Part shown: positions 19,709 to 28,578 of the stretch, piece after piece
Numbering within the stretch: the stretch's first letter is position 1
Layout: each line of letters opens with the position of its first letter
DNA from: Alphaproteobacteria bacterium
Lineage (GTDB): Bacteria; Pseudomonadota; Alphaproteobacteria; Rs-D84
Reading direction: 5' to 3'
Assembly: GCA_015062485.1 (NCBI GenBank)
Contig: SUUO01000002.1
Span: 19,605 to 83,604 of the forward strand
DNA length: 64,000 bases
Made by a program: the position numbers and the translations under genes
The notes under the pieces: model-generated
Databases searched by the model: none
What the model was told of the DNA's origin: nothing
Seen by the model: only the letters and a program-made list of their open reading frames with translations

Positions 19709-21037
19709 TTGGCAAAACTGTCTGAAAATCTTATTCGTGAAATTTCAAAGCAACGCAATGAACCCATATGGTTGCTGCAATGGCGTCTGGCGGCGTTTGA
19801 TGCCTGGAAAAAAATGATTGAGCCACACTGGGCCGAATTTGATTATGCGCCGATTGATTATGATGCGCTAAATTATTACAACGAACCACAGCCAATTGAC
19901 AACTCTGATCTGGCACACGTGTATGACAAAATGGGCCTGCCAGAAAGTGAAAAACGCGCCCTGTTGGGGATGGCAACCGACACCGTTATCGACAGCCGTT
20001 CTGTGCACACATCATACATGGACGAACTGAAAAAATACGGAATAATATTTCTACCGTTTTCGGACGCGGTACAGCAATATCCAGACCTGGTAAAAAAATA
20101 CCTGGGGACGGTGGTGCCGGCAACCGACAACTTCTTTGCGGCACTGAATGCGGCTGTATTTTCAGACGGCACATTTGTATATATTCCACCAAACGTCACC
20201 TGTCCCATTGATTTGGCCAGTTATTTTAGAATCGAAACCGCAAAAATTGGACAATTTGAACGAACGCTTATCATCGCCGATTGTGGCGCAAAACTGACCT
20301 ATATGGAGGGCTGCAGTGCCCCCCGTCGTCCTAACCATCAATTACACAGCGGTGTCGTTGAAATTATTGCACACGACGATGCAGTCGTAAAATATGCAAC
20401 GGTTCAAAATTGGTTCAGCGGCGATTTCAAAGATGGAAAAAACACCGGTGGCATATTAAATTTTGTCACCAAGCGTGGACGCTGTGACGCACGTGCCAAA
20501 TTATACTGGACCCAGGTTGAAATTGGCTCCGCCATAACTTGGAAATACCCATCAACGATTCTGGCGGGCGATGATGCGGTCAGTGATTTTTATTCACTTG
20601 CAATAACCCGCGGGGGACAATTAGCCGACACCGGAACCAAGATGATTCATATCGGCAACAACACAAAATCAAATATTGTTTCATATGGTGTGGCAACCGA
20701 TGCATCCCAACAAACATTTCGTTCACTGGTATCCTTTACCGGCACGGGATGCACAAACGCATCAAAATGTGACACACGCATAATTGGTGACACCGCAATT
20801 GCGAACACAATTCCACGAATAGTACACGGCGCACCAAATAATAATCAATCACACGAAGCCACCACCGGTGCCATAGACGAACAACAGTTAACATATCTTG
20901 AAATGGCAGGCATTGAACGCGATACCGCAATCGCCCTGATTGTTGGCGCAATGGCAAATCCGGTAATATCACGCCTGCCGATGGAATTTTTGGTTGAATC
21001 AAAACAATTAATTCAAATGGCATTATCAAAGGATTAA
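19709..21037 (+). CDS. sufB: Fe-S cluster assembly protein SufB
   Basis: ..EPIWLLQWRLAAFDAWKKM.. and the beta-helix core (FVYIPPNVTCP..LIIADCGAKLTYMEGCSAP). The start appears to be TTG directly after the upstream TAG. Confidence 0.9.
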   Translation: MAKLSENLIREISKQRNEPIWLLQWRLAAFDAWKKMIEPHWAEFDYAPIDYDALNYYNEPQPIDNSDLAHVYDKMGLPESEKRALLGMATDTVIDSRSVHTSYMDELKKYGIIFLPFSDAVQQYPDLVKKYLGTVVPATDNFFAALNAAVFSDGTFVYIPPNVTCPIDLASYFRIETAKIGQFERTLIIADCGAKLTYMEGCSAPRRPNHQLHSGVVEIIAHDDAVVKYATVQNWFSGDFKDGKNTGGILNFVTKRGRCDARAKLYWTQVEIGSAITWKYPSTILAGDDAVSDFYSLAITRGGQLADTGTKMIHIGNNTKSNIVSYGVATDASQQTFRSLVSFTGTGCTNASKCDTRIIGDTAIANTIPRIVHGAPNNNQSHEATTGAIDEQQLTYLEMAGIERDTAIALIVGAMANPVISRLPMEFLVESKQLIQMALSKD

Positions 21038-21039
21038 AA

Positions 21040-21717
21040 ATGCTGAACATAACAAACCTAAACGTATCACTGGATGGCAAACAATTATTATCAGATATCA
21101 ATCTGAATATTACACGTGGCGCACGCCACTTGTTGGCGGGACATAACGGTTCTGGCAAATCAAGTTTAGCACAAACAATTGCCGGAAACCCTGCGTATAG
21201 CGTTGATTCTGGCTCTATAATTTTCGACGGTCACGATATTACAAACGATAACACAACAACCCGTGCCTTACTGGGTATATTCTTAGGTGCCCAGAACGTT
21301 CCTGAAATACCGGGGCTTACCGTACTAAGTTTTTTAAAACATTCTTGTGCGGCCCATACACATTTTAATACCGGTCACGAATTATCAATGGGCGATTTTT
21401 TGCAACACTTGGAATCGGCCCGCGAACAACTTGATATTCCAAAAGAATGGTTAAACCGATATATCAATGTCGGCTTTTCAGGTGGCGAACGAAAACGCCT
21501 TATGTTATTACAATTAATTATGACACAACCAAAGCTAGCCATTCTGGATGAACCAGATTCCGGTGCAGACGCCACAACCAAAGACCTGATTGCAAACACA
21601 ATCAACAATATGCACGACACCACATTTTTGTTCATATCGCACCAGCCTGATTTTACCAATAAAATACAGCCGACCGCGATAACGACTTTATCATCTGGAC
21701 AAATTGTGATAAAATAA
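21040..21717 (+). CDS. sufC: Fe-S cluster assembly ATPase SufC
   Basis: Walker A (GHNGSGKSSL), ABC signature (FSGGERKR) and Walker B (LAILDEPDSG). Confidence 0.9.
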   Translation: MLNITNLNVSLDGKQLLSDINLNITRGARHLLAGHNGSGKSSLAQTIAGNPAYSVDSGSIIFDGHDITNDNTTTRALLGIFLGAQNVPEIPGLTVLSFLKHSCAAHTHFNTGHELSMGDFLQHLESAREQLDIPKEWLNRYINVGFSGGERKRLMLLQLIMTQPKLAILDEPDSGADATTKDLIANTINNMHDTTFLFISHQPDFTNKIQPTAITTLSSGQIVIK

Positions 21718-21738
21718 AGACCTAAGGGGGGAAATACT

Positions 21739-22587
21739 ATGAACGACCAACAAACAACACTTAAACAATGGCTGGTTAGCACGCCCATATTTTTTGCGCT
21801 TACATCATTTTTGTTTGCGGTTACATTATCTGTATTGGCGGGATTGTTGATGCCAAAATCCGAAACAACACTAAGCATAATCGGCACCGCAATGATTGTC
21901 ACAACCATAATATCTGGAATATTGGCAATTCGCCGGATTCCGACACACAAAATGGATCGCGCCGGCATCGTAACAATCTTTAATATAAAGATGATAATTT
22001 TGGTCCTGATGTCTGTGATATCACTGATTATGGCATTTAACCTGGTGCCGCTTCAAATGTGGTTATTGACCCTGATGCAGAACCCAACTGGTATTATCAT
22101 CGGATTCTTGCTAGCGGTGTGCTTGGTTCTGTTATCACTTTATATACTGGGGGTTACAATTATGGGATTTTGGGCGTGCTTCCTGCGTGCACGTACAATG
22201 AATATCCCACTTTGGAAAATTATTTGTTCCATCCCCTTTGGCTTTGATATGTTGTGGGTGCCGGGATATTTTATCCCCGCAAAGCAATCAAAGAAACCTG
22301 TTGTTGCCACAAATATAAAATGGATTTCAAACCTGACCGATTGGACATTTACTCGTTTATCTAATGCGGGATTTTTGTTCGCCGCCTTGATTATTGGAAC
22401 GGGCATATTTAACGGTCTTACAACAACGTTATTAAGTTTATCTATATTATTGCTGTTTGCGATATGGATAATGCAAATGGGCGATAAAAAATTCGAAAAG
22501 AACATTGGCAACACTTATGCAACAACCGCGGTAATTATCAATATCGTGATGATTGCATATATGATATTCACCATATGGATATTATAA
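21739..22587 (+). CDS. Polytopic membrane protein, hypothetical (occupies the usual sufD position)
   Basis: 282-aa ORF with 7-8 hydrophobic helices. No SufD-like sequence is present. Confidence 0.55.
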   Translation: MNDQQTTLKQWLVSTPIFFALTSFLFAVTLSVLAGLLMPKSETTLSIIGTAMIVTTIISGILAIRRIPTHKMDRAGIVTIFNIKMIILVLMSVISLIMAFNLVPLQMWLLTLMQNPTGIIIGFLLAVCLVLLSLYILGVTIMGFWACFLRARTMNIPLWKIICSIPFGFDMLWVPGYFIPAKQSKKPVVATNIKWISNLTDWTFTRLSNAGFLFAALIIGTGIFNGLTTTLLSLSILLLFAIWIMQMGDKKFEKNIGNTYATTAVIINIVMIAYMIFTIWIL

Positions 22588-22601
22588 GTTAAGGACAAAA
22601 G

Positions 22602-23645
22602 ATGAATGGAATAATTGTATTTGGCATAATCTTGTTTACGCTTTGGATTGGGCGTTCAATATTTATCCCAATTCTGGTTGCGGCATTTTTGTGGTACCTG
22701 GTTAATGCGACATCAGAATATTTTCGTCGCGTATTTCCGCATCAAACACCACGAACACATCGCGACAAGATATATGACCTGGTATATGATTGCATATCGT
22801 ATGCGGTGTCATTATTGACAATATGCGGCATTGTTTATCTGTTCATAACCCAGGTAAAACCAATGTTCAGCGAACTGGCAACCGCCCTGCCCGCGATCCA
22901 GGACAAACTAATATCATTTGGCAATTATTTATCGGGCTCTGTTGGATTAAAGTTTGACGCAAATATGATTCCCAATATAACCAAGGTCGCGGCAAACATT
23001 GGCGCGTCTGCGGCGGGATTTGCAACATCAATTGGAATGGTTTTTGTTTATATGATATTTATGTTCATTGAACAAAGTACATTTAACAAAAAATTCACTG
23101 CCCTTATCCCGAACAAATCACGTGCAAAAAAGATGAGATATATCATCGACAGCATAGATAACAATATGAAAAAATATTTATTTATGAAGACGGTTATTTC
23201 CGGCATCACCGGCATTGTGTCATACCTTTGGTTGCAAATGATTGGATTGGAATTTGCGGGTGTCTGGGCATTTATTGTGTTCATCACCAGTTATATTCCA
23301 ACAATCGGCGCGATTGTTGCGTGCTCGTTACCAATACTGTATTCATTTACAGTGGCCCCCGGGTGGGAATTGCCATTATTAACCGCGGGTGGCCTGATTG
23401 GTTTACAGATACTGTTTGGTAATATTATGGAACCAAAACTGATGGGAAAAAGTTTAAACCTGTCTACATTGGCGATATTAATCAACCTGGTATTCTGGGG
23501 AATGATTTGGGGTATTGCCGGAATGTTTTTCAGCGTTCCAATCTTGGTTGGGATTTATATTGTCGCCGCCCAATTTGATTCAACACGTTGGATTGCGGTA
23601 CTATTATCCGCCGACGGAAAAATCCCAGATAAAAACGAAGATTAA
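22602..23645 (+). CDS. AI-2E family (PerM/YhhT-like) transporter
   Basis: Polytopic protein. The C-terminal region GLQILFGNIMEPKLMGKSLNLSTLAILINLVFWGMIWGIAGMFFSVPIL is typical of the family. Confidence 0.7.
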   Translation: MNGIIVFGIILFTLWIGRSIFIPILVAAFLWYLVNATSEYFRRVFPHQTPRTHRDKIYDLVYDCISYAVSLLTICGIVYLFITQVKPMFSELATALPAIQDKLISFGNYLSGSVGLKFDANMIPNITKVAANIGASAAGFATSIGMVFVYMIFMFIEQSTFNKKFTALIPNKSRAKKMRYIIDSIDNNMKKYLFMKTVISGITGIVSYLWLQMIGLEFAGVWAFIVFITSYIPTIGAIVACSLPILYSFTVAPGWELPLLTAGGLIGLQILFGNIMEPKLMGKSLNLSTLAILINLVFWGMIWGIAGMFFSVPILVGIYIVAAQFDSTRWIAVLLSADGKIPDKNED

Positions 23646-23664
23646 AAATCAATCTATACGCATA

Positions 23665-23692
23665 AAAACCGGGCTTTTTTTAAGCCCGGTTT
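23665..23692 (+). terminator. Intrinsic terminator (right arm overlaps the ruvX 3' end)
   Basis: AAAAACCGGGC-TTTTTTTAA-GCCCGGTTT. Confidence 0.55.
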
Positions 23693-24126
23693 ATTAATGC
23701 AATCGCGTTTTCCAATATCACACGTGCCGATTCCGAATCCAGTTTTTCTTTGATATCACGCACCCGCACACGCCCCATTGATTCCTGGGCCGAGACAGAT
23801 GTCAGATTTTCTTCGACCGTCACAATCGGCAAATCTGTTTTTTGCGACAATGCGTTTATAAATTCACGCACCATTTTTGTTGTATCACTTTCCGCGCCAT
23901 CGGGATACAATGGCAAACCAACAACAATTCCACACGCGCACTCATCAGACGCCATACGTGCAACAATTGCCGCCGCTTCATCATCCGCCCCCAGATTTAT
24001 CGTGGGACGCACAAAAACAAAGTTACGCGTATCATCCGACACCGCCACCCCAATGCGACGTGCCCCCCAATCAATACCAATTATGCGTCCCGAACGCGGA
24101 AAACCCTTGAAATCTGGCAAAATCAT
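23680..24126 (-). CDS. ruvX: Holliday junction resolvase-like RNase RuvX (YqgF)
   Basis: GRIIGIDWGARRIGVAVSD...VVGLPLYPDGAES is the YqgF fold signature. Confidence 0.85.
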   Translation of the reverse strand: MILPDFKGFPRSGRIIGIDWGARRIGVAVSDDTRNFVFVRPTINLGADDEAAAIVARMASDECACGIVVGLPLYPDGAESDTTKMVREFINALSQKTDLPIVTVEENLTSVSAQESMGRVRVRDIKEKLDSESARVILENAIALINRA

Positions 24127-24157
24127 TGTATAATTCCTTTACTTTGTAAATATAGGA

Positions 24158-24460
24158 TTGAAAATGGCATTTAGCAAGCAACAATTACAAAAATTCGCAG
24201 ATTTAATCAAAATCGAAATTACGGACGAAAAACTGGCCGAAATGAATATCGATTCGGTCGTTGAATGGCTGGATAAATTACAAAAAATTGACACAACCGG
24301 TGTTGAACCAATGTTAAACCCGGCCGAACACAAATTACCACGTCGCGCCGATGTTGTAACCGATGGCAACATTCGCGATTTGGTTTTGGCCAACACTCCG
24401 GATAACGCCGGCACATCACGTGGATATTTCGCGGTTCCAAAGGTTATGGATGGAGACTAA
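24158..24460 (+). CDS. gatC: Glutamyl/aspartyl-tRNA amidotransferase subunit C
   Basis: 100-aa protein with ...LAEMNIDSVVEWLDKLQKIDTTGVEPM... and the C-terminal FAVPKV motif. Confidence 0.9.
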   Translation: MKMAFSKQQLQKFADLIKIEITDEKLAEMNIDSVVEWLDKLQKIDTTGVEPMLNPAEHKLPRRADVVTDGNIRDLVLANTPDNAGTSRGYFAVPKVMDGD

Positions 24461-24470
24461 AGGATCAATT

Positions 24471-24749
24471 ATGCAACGTACAATATCAAAACAACTTGCA
24501 ATAACATATCTGGACAACCGTCTGAACAAATGCGATTCTGCAATCGCAACAATGCAGTTGGAGTCATATTACACAAACGATGAGCCACCACTTAAAATCG
24601 GCGCGATAAACCCAGTTACACGTCAATATGCACACGGTATCGGCGACACCGTTGATGTCGAACCACGCATTCTTGTGAATTACGGATGTTTGTTAACCAA
24701 TGTCATTCGCTCTGAATTCCTAGAAAATTATATCCGCAGCCAAAGATAG
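24471..24749 (+). CDS. Hypothetical 92-aa protein inserted in the gat operon
   Basis: ATG lies 7 nt after an AAAGGA RBS and 10 nt after the gatC stop. No motif was recognised. Confidence 0.5.
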   Translation: MQRTISKQLAITYLDNRLNKCDSAIATMQLESYYTNDEPPLKIGAINPVTRQYAHGIGDTVDVEPRILVNYGCLLTNVIRSEFLENYIRSQR

Positions 24750-24754
24750 AAACA

Positions 24755-25252
24755 ATGACTGACCCAAAGCAAACGATTGCTGTAAATTTTGTAGAATATG
24801 AACAGTACGAACATTTCCCAAACCACGTTCAAACATTGGGGTATGTCAGCATTGCAGATGCACTTAAATTGATGGACATATTCGCCAATCCACGACAGTC
24901 TGCATTCTTAGGTCTAATTCAGAATTCACCGAAATTACAAGAATTATTGCAACACGACAATGTTGCCCCAAACGCCTGCATCAAAACACTAAGTATGCAA
25001 TTCAATGACCAGGTTCACTTTGGTAATATACCCGGGGCGGGCAATCGTTATCGTTCATTGGATATTGATGGCTTGTTCTATCTAGACACAAATCCGCAAT
25101 GTGCAACAAAAACAAACACCAGGAAATGGACCGACAAAAAGAAACTACTATGTTGTGCACGCAATTTACGTGCTGGCAAATGTACTGACGAGTTTATAAA
25201 AAATACATTGGGCGCAATCCTGTACCCACAACATTATGGAAAGCAAAAATAA
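24755..25252 (+). CDS. Hypothetical 165-aa protein with conserved Cys/His C-terminal module (...CTDEFIKNTLGAILYPQHYGKQK)
   Basis: Starts 5 nt after the upstream stop. The C-terminal 35 aa are paralogous to the next ORF. Confidence 0.55.
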   Translation: MTDPKQTIAVNFVEYEQYEHFPNHVQTLGYVSIADALKLMDIFANPRQSAFLGLIQNSPKLQELLQHDNVAPNACIKTLSMQFNDQVHFGNIPGAGNRYRSLDIDGLFYLDTNPQCATKTNTRKWTDKKKLLCCARNLRAGKCTDEFIKNTLGAILYPQHYGKQK

Positions 25253-25264
25253 AGGAACCCCGTA

Positions 25265-25648
25265 ATGGAACATAAATATAGAGTGAAACTTGTGTCTCTG
25301 TACGAATATACAAGATCACCACAAACCAGTATCACCGAAACACAATTACACGCAATGGCGAAACAAATTGCTGCGCAATCGGTATTACCATCGGACTGTT
25401 GTTGGGGGGAAATACTTGCGTTTTTTAATATAGGTTATTCAATGCATACAAGCACAAGTAAAACCCCTACACCAAAAACATCTATCCGCAAGACACCTAC
25501 GTATCGTTGTGACTTAGTCTTTCATCAAGACAATCGTAAATGTACATCCTGTTTTGAATCTTTATCCCACGGCAGATGCAGTGACAAATTTGTACGCAAC
25601 ACATTGGGTACTGTGTTATATCCGCAACATTATGAAAAACAAAAGTAA
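25265..25648 (+). CDS. Hypothetical 127-aa protein, paralog of the preceding ORF (...CSDKFVRNTLGTVLYPQHYEKQK)
   Basis: AAAGGA RBS. Shares C-x2-C-x8-C-[ST]-D-x-F-[IV]-x-N-T-L-G-x2-L-Y-P-Q-H-Y-x-K-Q-K with ORF 24755-25252. Confidence 0.55.
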   Translation: MEHKYRVKLVSLYEYTRSPQTSITETQLHAMAKQIAAQSVLPSDCCWGEILAFFNIGYSMHTSTSKTPTPKTSIRKTPTYRCDLVFHQDNRKCTSCFESLSHGRCSDKFVRNTLGTVLYPQHYEKQK

Positions 25649-25660
25649 AAGAAGAGAAAA

Positions 25661-27127
25661 ATGATTAACCTTACACTTACCGAAGCATTAAAGAAATTAA
25701 ACAGTGGCGAAATTAGTGCCGTGGAATTAACACGTGCGTATCTGGACCGTATTGAAAAATATGGTGCGGATTTAAATTGCTATATCACCACAACACCGGA
25801 ACGTGCGCTTGCCGATGCGGCGGCGTCCGATGCGCGGCGTGCTGCGGGCGATGCAAAATTCTTGGACGGCGCCCCAATCGCAATGAAGGATTTATTTGCC
25901 ACACGCGGTATCCGCACAACGGCGGCATCGCGTATGCTGGAAAACTTTGTCCCCGAATACGAATCGACTGTTTCCCAGAAATTTATTGATGCGGGTACAG
26001 TATTACTGGGCAAGGCAAACCTGGACGAATTCGCAATGGGCACATTTAGTAAGACCAGTTTCTTTGGTGCACCCGTCAACCCATGGCAAATGGAAAATCG
26101 TTTAACCGCCGGCGGTTCATCGGGTGGTTCTACATCGGCCGTGGCTGGGGGATTGGCGATTGCGGCGACTGGTACCGACACGGGCGGTTCAATTCGTTTC
26201 CCGGCCGCAATCACCGGTATGGTTGGAATGAAACCAACATATGGTCTGTGTTCACGTTGGGGATGTGTTGCATTTGCGTCCAGCCTTGACACACCGGGGC
26301 CAATTGCACGCACGGTTGACGATGCCGCATTAATGTTGTCCGCTATGGCGGGCCACGACCCAAAAGATTCAACAAGCAGCAAACACGGTTTTGCCTGCAC
26401 CGCGCCACTGGAACCTGTATTGGGCAATGGGAAAAAATTACGCGTCGGCATTATCCGCGAATTCAAAGACGTTAAAATTTCAGATGATATGAAAACGTTA
26501 TTTGAAAAACGCATCAGCGATTTAAAATCGATGGGCGCCGAAATTGTTGAGGTTTCAATTCCAAACATCTTGGATGCATTGGCGGCATATTATATTATTG
26601 CCCCGGCCGAGGCCTCATCCAACTTGGCCCGTTATGACGGTATGCGTTATGGCCTGCGGGTCGAGGGACGCGACATTTACGATACATTCAAAAAATCACG
26701 CGCCGCCGGCTTTGGCGACGAGGTTAAACGCCGTATGATTATCGGCACCGCCGTATTAAGCAGCCAATCTTATGATGTATACTTTATGCAGGCCGCCCGC
26801 GTTCGTCGTATGATTTCAGACAGCTTTAACAAAGCATTCACAGAATGCGATTTAATCATATGCCCATCCAGTGCCGGCACGGCAATGCCATTGGATTCTG
26901 GATTATTACCATTGGAATTCTATGCATTGGATTTATTCACGGTTGCGATGAACCTGGCGGGGGTACCTGCGTGCAGTGTACCAGCGGGCTTGTCCACAAA
27001 TGGTCTGCCCCTGGGGATTCAGGTTGTGGGAAATCGCTTTGACGATATGCGTGTTCTGCAACTGGCAAAACATATTGAAACCGCGGCCGCAATTGACAAC
27101 CGCCCAACAACAATTATGGGGAAATAA
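25661..27127 (+). CDS. gatA: Glutamyl-tRNA(Gln) amidotransferase subunit A
   Basis: Amidase signature (GGSSGGSTSAVAGG..GTDTGGSIRFPAA) and the catalytic Lys region (PIAMKDLF). Confidence 0.95.
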   Translation: MINLTLTEALKKLNSGEISAVELTRAYLDRIEKYGADLNCYITTTPERALADAAASDARRAAGDAKFLDGAPIAMKDLFATRGIRTTAASRMLENFVPEYESTVSQKFIDAGTVLLGKANLDEFAMGTFSKTSFFGAPVNPWQMENRLTAGGSSGGSTSAVAGGLAIAATGTDTGGSIRFPAAITGMVGMKPTYGLCSRWGCVAFASSLDTPGPIARTVDDAALMLSAMAGHDPKDSTSSKHGFACTAPLEPVLGNGKKLRVGIIREFKDVKISDDMKTLFEKRISDLKSMGAEIVEVSIPNILDALAAYYIIAPAEASSNLARYDGMRYGLRVEGRDIYDTFKKSRAAGFGDEVKRRMIIGTAVLSSQSYDVYFMQAARVRRMISDSFNKAFTECDLIICPSSAGTAMPLDSGLLPLEFYALDLFTVAMNLAGVPACSVPAGLSTNGLPLGIQVVGNRFDDMRVLQLAKHIETAAAIDNRPTTIMGK

Positions 27128-27130
27128 TAT

Positions 27131-28411
27131 ATGAAAAAAAACGCATTGGATTTTTCATATACACTGTCACCAGCCCAGCGTCAAGAAATCGACGAGTTGC
27201 TAAAACAGCACTCGCCCGAGGAAATCTTGACCTCATTGGTAGACAGGCCTATTGACCCAAAAACGGAACAAATTATAAAAGCCGATAAAAATTCATATGC
27301 ATTCTGGGGTCCTGAAACATCCAAACTGGTACGGACCCCCGAAACACTATTTTTACCAATGTCATTTGAAGCATTCAAAATCAGTGGCGCATCTGAATTA
27401 AATTTTAAACACCCATCTGCGAAATTTGCATCCCTAGAACTGGCGATGTCCGCATTGACCATTGCAAAATGGTCCGAAGAATTAAATCTGAAAGAGTTCT
27501 TTCTAAAAAACGCTAATTTTTCAAGCAAACATCGCTGGCCACACACCTGTAATATTGATTTTTCATACACACCCAATATGACTACCGAAGACAAAATATC
27601 AAAAATCATCAGTCATATGTGCCAAATAAATTCTGATGCAATGCTGGTATGGACAAATCCTGGACTTGGTTGGGTTGCGCGAAAAAAACTGGATTTAGAA
27701 CCAATATTTTACGCATTTGGTCGAAAATTCTTTCATTTTACAGACCCAAAAACAGGTGAAACACAAACACTAAGCACCGGTGCAAGTGACGAAGCAGAAC
27801 AAAAGATTGCAAGTTGGAACGCACAAAACCCAAATATGCAATTACAACAAACATTCCATATCGGAATGCCTATCACACGTGAAATTCGTATTTTCACACT
27901 TGGTGGTGAAATTGTTGGTTTCGTACCATATTGGACACCCATTGCATTTAAAAATCAAAACGTATATGGACTGGACAAAGATATAACCCTGGATGCCGCG
28001 TTAAAGCGTATGAACACATTTACACAAGATGAATTAAATTATCTGCACAACGAAACAAAAAAGATAATCCAACACCCAAAATTCCACGACACAGATTGGG
28101 CAATTGATTGGATTATTACACGCGACAAAATATGGTATATGACAGATATGCAAGTTGCTCAACAATCATATATGGATTATGACAATATGATTTTTGCATC
28201 AGATACAGGTCGCACGCGTGTTCATCAATTTTTGAATCAGCAACTTGAATCTATGCGACACGCACAAAAAAATTTATCTCTATTTGATAAAATAGTGCTA
28301 AAATTAACAGGCGCATCAACTGACATTGATAAAAATCTGAAACGTTCTGGTTATCCAAGTCAGAAACAAATAATTAAATTAAACCAACAAATTGGAACGA
28401 AACAAAAATGA
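27131..28411 (+). CDS. Hypothetical 426-aa protein, possible ATP-grasp-like fold
   Basis: GGGGA RBS 3 nt after the gatA stop. Segments LQQTFHIGMPITREIRIFTLGGEIVGFVPYW and DWAIDWIITRDKIWYMTDMQVAQQS resemble ATP-grasp C-domain strands. This is a weak, motif-level call. The protein ends ...GTKQK. Confidence 0.5.
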   Translation: MKKNALDFSYTLSPAQRQEIDELLKQHSPEEILTSLVDRPIDPKTEQIIKADKNSYAFWGPETSKLVRTPETLFLPMSFEAFKISGASELNFKHPSAKFASLELAMSALTIAKWSEELNLKEFFLKNANFSSKHRWPHTCNIDFSYTPNMTTEDKISKIISHMCQINSDAMLVWTNPGLGWVARKKLDLEPIFYAFGRKFFHFTDPKTGETQTLSTGASDEAEQKIASWNAQNPNMQLQQTFHIGMPITREIRIFTLGGEIVGFVPYWTPIAFKNQNVYGLDKDITLDAALKRMNTFTQDELNYLHNETKKIIQHPKFHDTDWAIDWIITRDKIWYMTDMQVAQQSYMDYDNMIFASDTGRTRVHQFLNQQLESMRHAQKNLSLFDKIVLKLTGASTDIDKNLKRSGYPSQKQIIKLNQQIGTKQK

Positions 28412-28447
28412 AAAACGCGTTAGAAATTTTGGTTAGAGTAAAAAAAA

Positions 28448-28523
28448 TGGTGGCTAGGGACGGAATCGAACCGCCGACACAGGGATTTTCAGTCCCTTGC
28501 TCTACCAACTGAGCTACCTAGCC
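28448..28523 (-). tRNA. tRNA-Phe (GAA), CCA encoded
   Basis: The minus strand GGCTAGGTAGCTCAGTTGGTAGAGCAAGGGACTGAAAATCCCTGTGTCGGCGGTTCGATTCCGTCCCTAGCCACCA folds into a canonical cloverleaf with anticodon loop CTGAAAA. Confidence 0.95.
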
Positions 28524-28578
28524 AACGCGGGACAAATAATAAGATACTAAAAACAAAAAAGCAAGGGAAAAAGAAACA

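Noticed and set aside
25780-26568. 262-aa antisense ORF inside gatA. Similar long shadow ORFs occur at 16765-17469 (in the secretin gene), 53701-54339 (in the hemolysin III gene) and 21375-21968 (across sufC and the membrane ORF).
   Set aside because: Each lies opposite a gene with unambiguous family motifs. They have low-complexity or Ser/Pro/Arg-rich translations and no RBS.
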